Source: an uncultured Acidobacteriota bacterium (lineage in GTDB: Bacteria > Acidobacteriota > Thermoanaerobaculia > Gp7-AA8). From it: a DNA stretch of 64,000 nt. The stretch is taken from the NCBI GenBank assembly GCA_963734155.1, contig CAVTGG010000009.1, forward strand, positions 15,871 to 79,870, read 5' to 3'. The translations under genes were made by a program, and so were the position numbers. Under the pieces are notes generated by a model. It saw only the letters and a list, made by a program, of their open reading frames with translations, was not told the DNA's origin and did not search any database. Numbering within the stretch: the first letter of the stretch is position 1; every line of letters begins with the position of its first letter. Positions 47,382-59,251 of the stretch are shown here, in pieces.

Positions 47382-48403
47382 TCGCGCAGGCCATCAAGCG
47401 CGCGGTCGAAGGCAAGCATCTCGATCGCGACGAAATGCATGACGTGTTCGCGGCGGTGATGGATGGGCAGGCGACGGACGTGCAGAAGTCGGCGCTGCTC
47501 ATCGCGCTGCGGATGAAAGGGGAGACGTCCGAGGAGATCACGGGCGCGGCGCTGGCGATGCGCGAGCGGGTCACGCCGCTCGATGTCGATCGCGAAGGTC
47601 TCGTCGACACCTGCGGCACGGGCGGCGACGGCCGCGGCACGTTCAACATCTCGACCATCGCAGCCCTCGTCGCCGCCGGCGCGGGCGCGAACGTGGCCAA
47701 GCACGGCAACCGCGCGGTCTCGTCTTCCTGCGGCAGCGCCGACGTCCTCTCCGCCCTCGGCGTGCACATCGATCTCGACGCGCCGCGGATGTCGCAGGTC
47801 CTGCGCCGCGCCGGCATCGCCTTTCTCTTCGCGCCGAAGCTGCATCCGGCGATGAGCGCGGTCGCGGCGGTGCGGCGTGAGCTCGGCGTGCGCACGATCT
47901 TTAATGTGTTGGGTCCGCTCACAAACCCCGCGTTCGCGCGGCGGCAGGTGTTGGGCGTGTATGCGGATCGGTTGACGGACACCGTCGCGCAGGTGCTCGC
48001 CGCGCTCGGCGCCGAGCACGCGCTGGTCGTGCACAGCCGCGACGGCCTCGACGAGATCTCCGTGTCCGCGCCGACGCACGTTTGCGAAGTGGGCGACGGC
48101 GAAGTGCGGTCGTACGACATCACGCCCGAGGAGATCGGCGTCGGGCGGCATTCGCTCGATGCGCTCGCGGGCGGCGACGCGCGGCAGAATGCGGACATCG
48201 CGCGCGCGGTGCTGCGCGGTGAGAACGGCGCGCGGCATGACATCGTCGCGGCGAATGCGGGAGCGGCGTGCTATGTCGCGGGGCTCGCGCCGACGATTCG
48301 CGACGGCGTGGAGCTGGCGAAGGAGTCGCTGCGCAGCGGCAAGGCAGCGGAAAAGCTGGAGCAGTTGATCGCGATCTCGAACGAGCTCGGAGGTGCGCAA
48401 TGA
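47378..48403 (+). CDS. trpD: Anthranilate phosphoribosyltransferase
   Basis: DTCGTGGDG..TFNIST, KHGNR..SS..GSAD, RTIFNVLGPL.NP, DGLDE. Confidence 0.97.
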   Translation: MIAQAIKRAVEGKHLDRDEMHDVFAAVMDGQATDVQKSALLIALRMKGETSEEITGAALAMRERVTPLDVDREGLVDTCGTGGDGRGTFNISTIAALVAAGAGANVAKHGNRAVSSSCGSADVLSALGVHIDLDAPRMSQVLRRAGIAFLFAPKLHPAMSAVAAVRRELGVRTIFNVLGPLTNPAFARRQVLGVYADRLTDTVAQVLAALGAEHALVVHSRDGLDEISVSAPTHVCEVGDGEVRSYDITPEEIGVGRHSLDALAGGDARQNADIARAVLRGENGARHDIVAANAGAACYVAGLAPTIRDGVELAKESLRSGKAAEKLEQLIAISNELGGAQ

Positions 48404-49173
48404 CGACCGTGCTCGATCGGATCGTGGAGCGGACGCGCGAGCGGTTGCGCGGAGAGGCGAAGCCGGACCGGCGCGCGGCGGAGGAAGTGGCGCAGCAGCG
48501 GACGCCGTTCGCGTTTCGCGCGGCGCTCACGCGTGACGGCGTGAACGTGATCGCGGAGATCAAATCAGCGTCGCCGTCGGCGGGCTCGATCGTCGACGAT
48601 CCCGACGTCGAGCGGATCGCGGGCGACTACGCGCGCGGCGGCGCGGCGGCGATGTCGATCGTGACGGAGCCGGAGTTCTTCCGCGGCTCGCGCGCCTGGA
48701 TCGCGCGGGCGAAGGCGTCGGCGGGATTGCCGGTGGTGATGAAGGACTTCGTCGTCGAGCCATCGCAGATCGTGCGCGGCATCGCCGCAGGCGCGGACGC
48801 GATCCTGCTGCTGGCGTCGCTGCTCGACGCGGCACAGATTCGCGACTTCGTCGCCATCGCCGAGGCGTATGGATGCGATGCGCTCGTCGAAGTGCACGAC
48901 GAAGAGGAGCTGTCGCGCGCGGTGAACGGAGGCGCGCGACTGATCGGCGTGAACAACCGCGACCTGCGCGATTTTCACGTGGACCTCGGCACGTCCGAAC
49001 GGTTGGGCGCGCAGATGCCGGGCGAGGTGATTCGCGTGGCGGAGAGCGGGATTCGCGCGCGCGCCGACGTCGAGAGGTTGCGCGCGGCGGGATTCCACGC
49101 GTTCCTCGTCGGCGAGTCGCTGCTGCGACAGGAAGACCGCGCGGCGGCGGTGCGGGCGTTGGTGCTGGGATGA
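48400..49173 (+). CDS. trpC: Indole-3-glycerol phosphate synthase
   Basis: IAEIKSASPS, KDFVV, LVEVH, GVNNRDL, ESGI, LVGESL. Confidence 0.96.
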   Translation: MTTVLDRIVERTRERLRGEAKPDRRAAEEVAQQRTPFAFRAALTRDGVNVIAEIKSASPSAGSIVDDPDVERIAGDYARGGAAAMSIVTEPEFFRGSRAWIARAKASAGLPVVMKDFVVEPSQIVRGIAAGADAILLLASLLDAAQIRDFVAIAEAYGCDALVEVHDEEELSRAVNGGARLIGVNNRDLRDFHVDLGTSERLGAQMPGEVIRVAESGIRARADVERLRAAGFHAFLVGESLLRQEDRAAAVRALVLG

Positions 49174-49740
49174 CGCGCATCAAGATTTGCGGGATCACGC
49201 GTGCCGAGGACGCGGCGGTTTGCGATGCGCTGGGCGCGGATTTTCTCGGGTTTATTTTTGTGAGGGAGTCGCCGCGGTTCATACCGCCCGAGCACGCCGG
49301 ACAGATTGAAACGAATGCGACGCGTGTGGGCGTGTTTCGCGATGAGCCGGTGGACGAGATCGCGCGCGTCGCACGAATTGCACGCCTCGATGTCGTGCAG
49401 CTGCATGGATCGGAAGGCGACGACGTGATTGAGAAAATCGCGTTGCCGGTGATCAAGGCGTTTCAAATAGGACAGGCAGGAGTGCCTGTCCTCCACTTGG
49501 AGACGAAGGCGGAGTGGGTGATGTTCGATACGGGCGGGGGGACGGGCCGCGCGTTCGATTGGACGCTGCTGCATGGCTACAGCGGGAAGCCGTTTTTTCT
49601 TGCGGGCGGGATCACGCCGGAGAACGTAAGCGAAGCGATCAGAACGCAGCCGTATGCGATCGATGTGGCGAGCGGAGTGGAAAGCAAGCCGGGCGTGAAA
49701 GATCACGCGAAGGTAAGAGCGCTGTTCAGAAAGGTCCGTC

Positions 49741-49751
<11 letters not shown>
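49170..49751 (+). CDS. trpF: Phosphoribosylanthranilate isomerase
   Basis: [35 protein letters not shown]. Confidence 0.96.
49469..49496 (+). repeat. REP-like palindrome inside trpF
   Basis: AGGACAGGCA-GGAG-TGCCTGTCCT-CCAC, perfect 10-bp stem, translated GQAGVPVLH. Confidence 0.75.
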
Positions 49752-50903
<1,152 letters not shown>

Positions 50904-50907
<4 letters not shown>

Positions 50908-51672
50908 AGGCCGAGGCGGCGGGACGCCGCCTGATCAGCCGGCGAGACGCCGGCGTTCCGATGTTCGTGGCGTACGTGACGTGTGGGGATGGGGATACTG
51001 TCAGGATCGTCGAGGAGTTGGAGCAGGCCGGCGCGGACATGATCGAGCTCGGCATCCCGTTCTCCGATCCGATCGCGGACGGGCCGGTGATCCAGGCCGC
51101 GTCGCAGCGCGCGCTGCGCAATGGGACGAAGACGCGCGACGTGTTCGACATCGCGAAAAAAATCCGCGAGCGCAGCGCGATTCCGCTGATCGCGTTTTCG
51201 TATCTCAATCCGGTGATGCGCTACGGCGTCGAGAACTTTGCGCACGACGCGGCGGATGCCGGCATCAACTCTTTATTGCTCACCGATCTGCCGCCCGAAA
51301 GTGCAGGCGAGATTCGACACGGCGATGCACGCGAAGAACATCGGCATGATCTTCCTCCTTGCGCCGACGTCGACCGATGCGCGCATCAAGGCCGTCGATC
51401 GCGCGAGTGACGACTTCGTCTACTACGTCTCGACCACCGGCGTGACCGGCGCGCGGAAGGAGCTCGATCCGACGCTGCTCGTGCGACTCGATGAAGTGCG
51501 CGCGAAGTTGCGCAAACCGATCGCGGTCGGTTTCGGCATCTCGCGCCACGAGCACTACGAGCTGCTGCGCGGGCACTGCGACGCGATCGTCGTCGGCAGC
51601 GCTATTGTGCGGGCGGTAGGGGAGGGACGGCCTCCGGGGGCAGTGGTGCGGGAGATTCTGCAGGGGGCCTGA
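50904..51672 (+). CDS. trpA: Tryptophan synthase alpha chain (frameshift ~51307, probable sequencing error)
   Basis: [17 protein letters not shown] and DLPPE in the first frame; FLLAPTS, GVTGAR, VGFGIS, VGSAIV in the +1 frame. Confidence 0.93.
50914..50961 (+). repeat. 48-bp double-hairpin REP-like element in the trpA 5' end
   Basis: Second copy of 47318-47365. Confidence 0.9.
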
Positions 51673-52132
51673 AGTCCCGCTGCGCCGCGCGCACGGCCGC
51701 GCAGACTTTTCCGTACGTCTCCCGCGCGCGCTTCTTGCGCAGGCGATAGCGCAGCACGGCCTTCGAGCGGCGCCCGAACACGGTCACGACGTCGACGCCC
51801 CACAGCGCGCGGACGAGGAACGCGATCGTGAACCACGAGCCGAACATGAGGTAGATGATGATGCCGGCGATCAGCGCTTCTTTGTTGATCGAGGCCATCG
51901 CTATCAGCAGGATCAGGAATCCGAGGGTGAAGAGGCCGGTGAGCGTGAGATAGAGCGCGCCGTATTCGCGATGCAGCGTCACGAGCTGCACGTCGTCGTA
52001 GAAGACGCGCGTGTTCGAGACTTCGAAGTGCTCGTTGGTCTCGACGTCGAGGCCGTGCGCCGTTTGATAGACGCGCACGCGCGTGAGCGGGCTCGCCCAT
52101 TTGCCGAGGAGCGTGCGGTTCGGGTCCGTCAC
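51602..52132 (-). CDS. Hypothetical membrane protein (2 TM)
   Basis: GTG start overlapping the upstream stop; two hydrophobic helices; convergent overlap with the trpA end. Confidence 0.7.
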   Translation of the reverse strand: MTDPNRTLLGKWASPLTRVRVYQTAHGLDVETNEHFEVSNTRVFYDDVQLVTLHREYGALYLTLTGLFTLGFLILLIAMASINKEALIAGIIIYLMFGSWFTIAFLVRALWGVDVVTVFGRRSKAVLRYRLRKKRARETYGKVCAAVRAAQRDFRPPAESPAPLPPEAVPPLPPAQ

Positions 52133-52731
52133 TTCATCCCCTTCGCGAGGGCCCAGATGAAGAAGCCGTACAGCGCGAGACCGCCGACGACTTCGGCGAT
52201 GGCGATGAGCATGACGATGACCATGCCGATGCGCGAGCGGCCCTGCTCGCGGCGGAGACGCATGCCTTTGATGGCGAAGAAGAATCCGAGCGCGCCGAAC
52301 ACCGGCCACGCGAAATACATCACCAGGCCGAGGATCGTGGTGAGGCGCGCGATCGACGCCCAGTCGCGATACTTGGTCGCGACCGCGGGCAAGGCCCCCT
52401 CGATGCGCACGCGCTCGAAGCACGACGGGCAATACGATCCGGCGCCGACGTTCATGTCGCAGAGCGAGCAGATGAACAGACCGCAGCGCGCGCAGCTCGT
52501 CGTCGCCGCGTTGCCGGCGTGATTCGCGCACGCGTTCGCGCTCGCCGGCCCGGCGACGACGACCGTTTCGATCGCGCGCTCGATCGGCCGCTCCGGCGCG
52601 GTGAAGACCGTGGCTTCGTACGGTTTGAGACAGATCACGCACGTGACGACGCCGTTTTGCAGCGCGTGCGGCGCGATCACCACGCCGCAGCGCGGGCACT
52701 GCGGACCGGTGTAGAGGACGGCGAGGGCCAT
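52129..52731 (-). CDS. Zn-ribbon + B-box-like zinc-finger membrane protein
   Basis: CPRC..CVIC; CANH..CARC...CSLC..CPSC; two C-terminal TM helices. Confidence 0.75.
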   Translation of the reverse strand: MALAVLYTGPQCPRCGVVIAPHALQNGVVTCVICLKPYEATVFTAPERPIERAIETVVVAGPASANACANHAGNAATTSCARCGLFICSLCDMNVGAGSYCPSCFERVRIEGALPAVATKYRDWASIARLTTILGLVMYFAWPVFGALGFFFAIKGMRLRREQGRSRIGMVIVMLIAIAEVVGGLALYGFFIWALAKGMK

Positions 52732-52734
52732 TCG

Positions 52735-53328
52735 TCAGTAGAGCTCGACGACGCGCGTACCGGCCGCCATGTCATGAATCGCCGTCTTCTCGTCGGTGAA
52801 CAGCGCCGGGAGATAGTCGACGATGCCGATGCACATGAATCCGAGGAGGACCCGCATCGCGGCGCGGCCCCAGGCCTGCCCCGGAGTCAGCGGCGAGCCG
52901 TCCACGCGCACGACGCGCACCTTCACCGCCATCTTGCCGAGGGTCTGGCCGTCTTTCATCTGCAGCATCAGCGCTTCATAGAAGAACATCAGGAACATCA
53001 CCGGGAAGCCGATGAAGTTGAACCAGAACGGCGGCTCGGTGCGCTTCGCGATCATGCCGAAGAGCATGACGAAGATGACCACCATGAACGGGATGTTGAA
53101 GATCAGGCTGTCGATGAAAATCGCGCCGAAGCGTTTGAGCACCGAGGCGTAGTTGAGGCGCGTGCGGTCGATGCCGGATTGTACGTCGCGCAGATGTTCG
53201 ACCTTGCAGTTCGCGCAATAGAGACGATCGCCGAGGGCGACGATGCAATCGCGGCAGAACGGCCCGCCGCAGCGCGAACAGTGACGCACACCTTCGAGGA
53301 TGTCGGGGTGATTGCGACAAGCGTACAT
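52735..53328 (-). CDS. B-box-like zinc finger + RDD family protein
   Basis: CRNH..CSRCGGPFCRDC..CANC; KRFGAIFID, GQTLGK, IHDMAAGTRVV. Confidence 0.88.
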   Translation of the reverse strand: MYACRNHPDILEGVRHCSRCGGPFCRDCIVALGDRLYCANCKVEHLRDVQSGIDRTRLNYASVLKRFGAIFIDSLIFNIPFMVVIFVMLFGMIAKRTEPPFWFNFIGFPVMFLMFFYEALMLQMKDGQTLGKMAVKVRVVRVDGSPLTPGQAWGRAAMRVLLGFMCIGIVDYLPALFTDEKTAIHDMAAGTRVVELY

Positions 53329-53330
53329 GG

Positions 53331-53918
53331 TCAGTAGAGCTCCACCACCCGCGTGCTCGCTCCCATGTCATGAATCGCGGTCTTCTCGTCGGTGAAGATC
53401 GCGGGGACGTAGTTGATGAAGGAGATGCAGCCTTCGAGGGCGAAGCGGAGGAGCGATCGGCCCCAGCACTGGCCGAGGCTGAGCGGGGAGCCGTCGACGC
53501 GGACGACGCGCAGCTTCATCGCGCGCTTGCCGAGGGTCTGGCCTTGTTTGTAATGCATCATCAGCGCTTCGTAGATCGGCATCCCGAAGACCACCGGAAT
53601 GAGCAGCAGCATCGGCCAGAGACTCGGCTCGCCGTTCTTTTCCATCGCGAACATGAGCACGAAAAACAGCGCGTACGGCGGAACGACGACGATCAGCCGG
53701 TCGATGACCAGCGCGGCGAAGCGTTTGCCGAAGCCGGCGTAGTTGAGACGCGTGCGGTCGATGCCCGACTGCACGTCGCGCAGATGCTCCATCTTGCACG
53801 TCGCGCAGTAGAGGCGGTCGCCGAGCGCAACGATGCAATCGCGGCAGAACGGGCCGCCGCAGCGTGAGCAGTGGCGGATGCCCTCGATGACTTCGGGGTG
53901 GTTCCTGCAGGCATTCAT
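53331..53918 (-). CDS. B-box-like zinc finger + RDD family protein (tandem paralog)
   Basis: Same architecture; KRFAALVID, GQTLGK, IHDMGASTRVV. Confidence 0.88.
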   Translation of the reverse strand: MNACRNHPEVIEGIRHCSRCGGPFCRDCIVALGDRLYCATCKMEHLRDVQSGIDRTRLNYAGFGKRFAALVIDRLIVVVPPYALFFVLMFAMEKNGEPSLWPMLLLIPVVFGMPIYEALMMHYKQGQTLGKRAMKLRVVRVDGSPLSLGQCWGRSLLRFALEGCISFINYVPAIFTDEKTAIHDMGASTRVVELY

Positions 53919-53937
53919 ATGGTTGTGTGCGCCAATG

Positions 53938-54678
53938 CTACCGCACGTCGTGCGGATTGAAGAGCACCGCCGTCAGGTCGCGCACGAGATTCTCACCGCT
54001 GATCGACTCCTCTTCGAGGCCGAGCTTCTTGCGATACGCCGCCGCGACTTCTTCCATCAGGTCATACCGCGCCTCGGCGGACATGCGGTCGGCGCGCAGG
54101 CAGAGCGTGAGGAGGAACTCGCGCTCTTCGAGGCTGATGCGATGGCGGATGAGCCGCAGCACGCGCGGCGTGCGCAGCGAGTTGTAGCGCCGCTCGGCGG
54201 CCAGCTGGCCTTTGTAGGAGAGCGGCTGCGCGTCGCGGATCACCAGCGTGTCGGCGATGATGTCGCCGAGGCGGCGGCGGGTGGTGCTCGAAAGGGATGC
54301 GATCGCGGCGACGCCGTAGAACACCGGCGCGAAGTCGAGCACGCGGCTGATGTTGCGGACGAGCGACTGGTACAGCGACACCGGCAGGCCGCGCGCGTCG
54401 ATCACGCGGAGGCGCAACGCGCGTTTGCCGGGCGTGCGTCCCTGATGCTTCGTTTCAAAGTAGACATGCCATCCCCACGTCAGGACGAAGTTCGCGGTGA
54501 TGAAGATCGCCATCGCGATGCCGCGCGGCAGCACCATCGAGAGGATGGTCAACAACATGACCGACGCGCCCTGCACGATGGCCGAGTCGATGAGGATCGC
54601 CAGGAAGCGGCTCCCCGCACCCGCCGGCTCGAGGCGGATGTGCACGTGCTCGGGCGTGACGATCGTCAGCTCGCTCAT
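53938..54678 (-). CDS. RDD family protein
   Basis: IVTPEHV..AGAGSRFLAILID, GRTPGKR, RRLGDIIADTLVI; ATG overlaps the SpoIIM-like stop. Confidence 0.9.
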   Translation of the reverse strand: MSELTIVTPEHVHIRLEPAGAGSRFLAILIDSAIVQGASVMLLTILSMVLPRGIAMAIFITANFVLTWGWHVYFETKHQGRTPGKRALRLRVIDARGLPVSLYQSLVRNISRVLDFAPVFYGVAAIASLSSTTRRRLGDIIADTLVIRDAQPLSYKGQLAAERRYNSLRTPRVLRLIRHRISLEEREFLLTLCLRADRMSAEARYDLMEEVAAAYRKKLGLEEESISGENLVRDLTAVLFNPHDVR

Positions 54679-55655
54679 ATTTCGTCGCCGCGCCTCCGGA
54701 AGAGGTAGAGCATCAGTCCGATGAACAGCACGATGGCGACGCTGATCTTCAGAATGTAAGGAAACGTCCGCGCGCTGAACTGCGAGAACGAGCCTTCGAT
54801 GAGACCCGCGAGGACGAGCACGAGCGCCGCGCCGAGGATCATCCGCCAGACGGACGGCAGCACCTGGCGCAGCGACGCGCCGCGCGAGAGCTGGCCGGGC
54901 ATCAGGAGCGCGCGTCCGGCGAGGAGGCCCGCGGCGCCGCCGAAGATGATGGCCGGCAATTCGAGCGCGCCGTGCGGCCCGACCCAGGCGAAGAAGAAGA
55001 GCGGCACGTCGTCGAGGATGTACATCACCGCGATCGCGCCGAGCGTGACGCCGTTGTAGAAGAGGATAGCCAGGCCGAGAACGATCGTCAGCGCGCCGAG
55101 GGAGAAGGCCAGGAACGAGACTTTGATGTTGTGCGTGTAGAGCGACGCGCCGAAGACGACCGCCTCTTCGAGGTTGTCGATGCGCTCCTTGCCGCTTTCG
55201 ATCTTCTCCACGCGATCGCGCGGCCGTTCGGTGAAGAACATCGACGGGATGAGGCGCTCGCCGTTCGCCGGATCGATCAGCACCGCCACCGCGCCGAACA
55301 GCGTGCCGGCGAGAAACGCCGCCGCGGCAACGGCGACATAGATCCGCTCGCGCCGGAACGCGGCCGGAATCTCTTTTGTGACGAGACGGACGAACGACTC
55401 CCACACCGGCGTCTCATGCGCCGCGCGATAGATGTAGCGGTACGCGCGCCCCGTGAGTTGATTGAGATGCCCGAGGACTTCCGGGTTCGCCGTGTACGAG
55501 CGCGCGCGATTGAGATCGGAACACGTGCGCCGGTACAGCTCGACGAGATGCTGCATTTCCTTGCGCGAGAGGTCGATGTCCTCGGCGCGCTGGAGCATGC
55601 GCGAGAGCTCGTCCCAGATGTCGCGGCGTTCGGCGAGAAATCTTTCGATGTTCAT
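54675..55655 (-). CDS. SpoIIM-like (DUF95) membrane protein
   Basis: LYRRTCSDL..AR, HNIKVSF, YNG..LG, PHGALEL, AGLIEG. Confidence 0.9.
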   Translation of the reverse strand: MNIERFLAERRDIWDELSRMLQRAEDIDLSRKEMQHLVELYRRTCSDLNRARSYTANPEVLGHLNQLTGRAYRYIYRAAHETPVWESFVRLVTKEIPAAFRRERIYVAVAAAAFLAGTLFGAVAVLIDPANGERLIPSMFFTERPRDRVEKIESGKERIDNLEEAVVFGASLYTHNIKVSFLAFSLGALTIVLGLAILFYNGVTLGAIAVMYILDDVPLFFFAWVGPHGALELPAIIFGGAAGLLAGRALLMPGQLSRGASLRQVLPSVWRMILGAALVLVLAGLIEGSFSQFSARTFPYILKISVAIVLFIGLMLYLFRRRGDEI

Positions 55656-55706
55656 GCCGCCCCCTCCCGCCCGGCGGGCAGCGGGCGGCGGGCGGCGGGC
55701 GGGCGC

Positions 55707-55830
55707 CCCTCACCCGGCCTCCGGCCACCCTCTCCCCGCAAGCGGGGAGAGGGGCACTCGACGCACGCATGCCGCGAGAGCCCTTCTCCCCGCTTGCGGG
55801 GAGAAGGTGCCCGAAGGGCGGATGAGGGGT
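55707..55830. repeat. Inverted pair of CCCTC..CTCTCCCCGC-nnn-GCGGGGAGAGG palindromic repeats
   Basis: Two ~48-bp units in opposite orientation; same family as 60266-60390. Confidence 0.85.
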
Positions 55831-55833
55831 GTT

Positions 55834-57122
55834 TCATAGCCGCTGTCTCCTCTTCACCTCGATATAGGCATTCACCGCATCCACCCCCCAGTCCACCGCC
55901 GTCGACTCCACCACCATCGCTCCGCGCGCACGCAGCTCGCGAGTGAGCTCGACATGACCCAACCAAAATCCCGCGCAACGAGCGTCCGAGAGAGCTCGTC
56001 GCGATTCGCGGGAAGCAACTGCGCCTGCGCTTGCAGATCGCGATCGGTGAGAACGATGAACAAGGGCAAGTGCTGCGGCGCGAGCATGTCCACCGCGCGC
56101 AGCAGATCGAAGCGCTCTTCGCGTTCGGGGAGCACGGTCAGGATCATGATCAACGTGCGATGGTGCAAACGGCGCCGCAAGTTGGCGGCGAGGCCGAGGT
56201 AGTCGGTGTGGCGGTACTCGGCGGCGAGCTGGCTGACGTAGGCGGTGATGGCGCGCAGATGGGCGGCGCCGCGTTGCGAGGGCAGGCCGCGATCGACGTT
56301 GACGTCGAAGGAGAGGATACCGATCTTGTCTTCCATCCGGTTGCAAACGTAGCTGATCAGCACCGACGCGTTGACGGCGTGGTCGAGGCGGGTGATCTGT
56401 TCGACGCGCGCGGCCATGCGATGTCCGCGATCGAGGCAGAGGAGGATTTCCTGGCTGCGCTCCATGCGGAACTCGCGGACGATGAGGCGGCCGTGCCGCG
56501 CGGAGGCGCGCCAGGCGATGTCGCGGTAGTCGTCGTCGCGGACGTAGTCGCGGAGGCGGTCGAAGTCGCGGCCCTTTCCGATGCGCGGCGCGGTGCGCGC
56601 GCCGAGGGAGCGGAGTGCATAAGAGTTGAGCCGCTTGTGCATCCGGCCGACGGCGTGCAGGTTCGGCAGGACGTGCACGACCGTCGCCTCGCCGGCCGGC
56701 ACGATGCGCTCGATGAGACCGCGCATCGTGAACGACACGTACAACGGCTCGATGGTCGCGGTACCGCGCTCGATGCCGCGCACGCTCAGCTCGAGCGCGA
56801 GCGCTTCGCCCGCGCGCACGAGCGCATCGCGCATCGTGGAGCGCGGCTCGAGGATCTCCGGCCAGCGCTGGCGGATGGTGAGCCGCAGCGTCGCGCGCGC
56901 GTTCGTCTCGATGCGAACGACAGTCGTTTCGTTCTCGCCCAGCGGCACCGCGAGCTTCGCCTGCCGCTCGACGCCCATCGTGATTCCGCGCAGCGCGAAC
57001 GCCTCCGCGGCCGCGAATGCGATCAGCAGCACGCACGCCGCCGCGACCACCCACACGAAGAGCGGGAACGCGGCGATGAGAAGCGACGCGGCGGCGATGA
57101 TGATCGCCGATCGGACGAGCAA
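55834..57122 (-). CDS. DUF58 (vWA-like) MoxR-associated protein (frameshift ~55966; start uncertain)
   Basis: DFDRLRDYVRDDDYRDIAWRASAR..LIVREF..ER..LDRG; C-terminus AVNAYIEVKRR is in the shifted frame. Confidence 0.88.
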
Positions 57123-57133
57123 CGGCCCCGGTC

Positions 57134-58096
57134 TTATCGCGGCACCTCCACGGCTTCGTAAATCCTCTTCAGCAAGTCCTCGAGCGCCAATCCCTCCATC
57201 TCCGCCTCGGGGGTGAGCGTGATGCGATGGGCGAGCACCGGCGTGAGGAGCGACTTCACGTCGTCAGGGGTGATGAAGTCGCGGCCGCTGAGTGCCGCCG
57301 CGGCGCGGCTGCCTTCGAGCAGCGCGAGCGAGGCGCGCGGACCGGCGCCGATCTGCACGGCCTCGTCGCGGCGCGTGCGCCCGACGAGCTCCTGGATGTA
57401 GCGGATGATGTGCGGCTCGACGCGTACTTCGCTGGCGACGTTCGTGCGCGCGCGCAGCAAGTCCTCCGCGCTGATCACCGGCTCCAGCGACGCGACGATG
57501 TCGTCATGAAGCCGCCGCCCCGCCGCGTACTCCTCGAGCATCCGCGCTTCGTCTTCCGCTTCCGGAAAATCGATGTTGATCTTGAACAGGAACCGATCGC
57601 GCTGCGCTTCGGGAAGCGGATACGTTCCTTCGAGCTCGACCGGGTTCTGGGTCGCGAAGACGGTGAAGACGTTCGAGACTTCGTGACGCTCGCCGTCGAT
57701 CGTGACCGCCTTTTCCTGCATCGCCTCGAGCAGCGCGGACTGCGTGCGCGGCGGCGTGCGATTGACTTCGTCGGCGAGCAGGATGTCGGTGAAGACGGGG
57801 CCGGTGCGGAAGACGAACTCCTGCGACTTCTGATTGAAGATGTTCGCGCCGATGAGGTCCGACGGCATGAGGTCGGGCGTGAACTGGATGCGGCGGAAGC
57901 GGCAGCCGAGCAGCTTCGCGAGCGCGAGCGAGAGCAGCGTCTTGCCGGTGCCGGGCACGCCTTCGACCAGCATGTGGCCGCCGGCGAGCAGCGACGTGAT
58001 CGCGAGCGTCTTCACCCGCTCCTGCCCCATGATCACGCGGTCGAGCTGCGCGCGAAGGGCGAGGAAACGGTCGGCGATCTGCGGAATGGTTTGCAT
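57134..58096 (-). CDS. moxR: MoxR-family AAA+ ATPase
   Basis: EGVPGTGKT, RIQFTPDLMPSD, LADEVNR, ATQNP.E.EGTYPLPEAQ.DRF; SD GGAGGT upstream. Confidence 0.95.
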   Translation of the reverse strand: MQTIPQIADRFLALRAQLDRVIMGQERVKTLAITSLLAGGHMLVEGVPGTGKTLLSLALAKLLGCRFRRIQFTPDLMPSDLIGANIFNQKSQEFVFRTGPVFTDILLADEVNRTPPRTQSALLEAMQEKAVTIDGERHEVSNVFTVFATQNPVELEGTYPLPEAQRDRFLFKINIDFPEAEDEARMLEEYAAGRRLHDDIVASLEPVISAEDLLRARTNVASEVRVEPHIIRYIQELVGRTRRDEAVQIGAGPRASLALLEGSRAAAALSGRDFITPDDVKSLLTPVLAHRITLTPEAEMEGLALEDLLKRIYEAVEVPR

Positions 58097-58116
58097 GGGC
58101 GTCATTACCTCCATAG

Positions 58117-58192
58117 AAGGCTCAAAGGCGCAAAGGCTCAAGGGCTCAAAGTAGCTGCTTTGCGCCTTTGAGCCTCTGAGCCTTTGAGCCTC
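58117..58192. repeat. Inverted arrays of 8-bp units (AAGGCTCA / TGAGCCTT)
   Basis: About four units then about four inverted units; same family as 61530-61620. Confidence 0.85.
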
Positions 58193-59251
58193 AGTTTTTC
58201 GAATGCTTCGTTGATGGCGGCGAGGTCGCGCTTCCCGCCCGTCAGGTCCTCGACACGCGCGCGCAGCGCGTCGCCGCGCAGGCCGGTTTGCGAAGCGACG
58301 GTGCGCGTGAGCGCGTCCTGATAGAGCGCGAGGGCTTCGGCGTAGGACGTGACCTTGTGATACAGCGCGCCGAGGGAGCGGACGAGATCGACCGCATCCG
58401 AGCGCGTCTCGCGATAATCGTCAACAGGTGGACCAATGCGGCGCGCGGCGCGCCAGAAATAGACGACCGCGGCGAGCGCGAGGAGGACCAGGAACGGGCC
58501 GAGGTTCCATTCCTTCAGCAACGCGAGCGCGCCGTCGTCGCTGACGATGCCGTGCGGCGTTTCGTCGAAGTAGACCGGACGCTTCGTGCCGGCGAGGGCG
58601 TTGAGGAGTTGCAGGCGATTGCCGGTGGCGAGGCGGTCGTTGCGGAAGAGGTCGGGCACGGAGATGAGGAACAGCTCGCCGCTGCCGATGCGCTCGCGCG
58701 CGATGATCGCCCGCGCGCCGCTGGCGAAGACCGCATGCATGTGCGGGCGGAGCGACTCGAAGCCGCGCGCCTTTTCGCCGAGGTCGACGTCGTTGACGTC
58801 GCGCCAGATCGGGAACACTTTCTTCGCCGCCGGCTCGCTCACGTCCGTCGTCGGGAGCGGCGAGGTTGCGGCCGCGAGGATCAATCGTCCGCCGCTGCGC
58901 ACGAAGGTTTCCTCCGCTTCGCTCAGCAGCAGTCTCGCGGCGCGGGCGCGGCGGTCCAAACTGTCCTTCGTCGAGATCCTCGGGATCGAAGAACGTCGGC
59001 GCCGCGCGGGTGACGCGGAACACCACCGCGTTGCGCTCGACATTCGCGCGCGGGAGCGGGCGCGTGAGCATCGCCACCTTGCGCGTTTTCGCGAGATAGC
59101 CGGAGGCGAGCGAGAGTCCTTTTTCGGAGATGTTGGCGGACGAGTATTCGTCGTAGACGCGCTGCGCGGCGCGGCGATCGCTGACGATCCAGAGAATCGT
59201 CAGCGCGGCGAACGCGGCGGAGGCGAGGATCAGCGGCAGCGCGCGTCTCAT
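58138..59251 (-). CDS. DUF4350-like membrane protein (frameshift ~58935)
   Basis: N-terminal TM; YSS.N...GL, FVRSGGRL, PDLFRN..L, YFDE..HG; C-terminal TM; typical MoxR-locus position. Confidence 0.78.
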
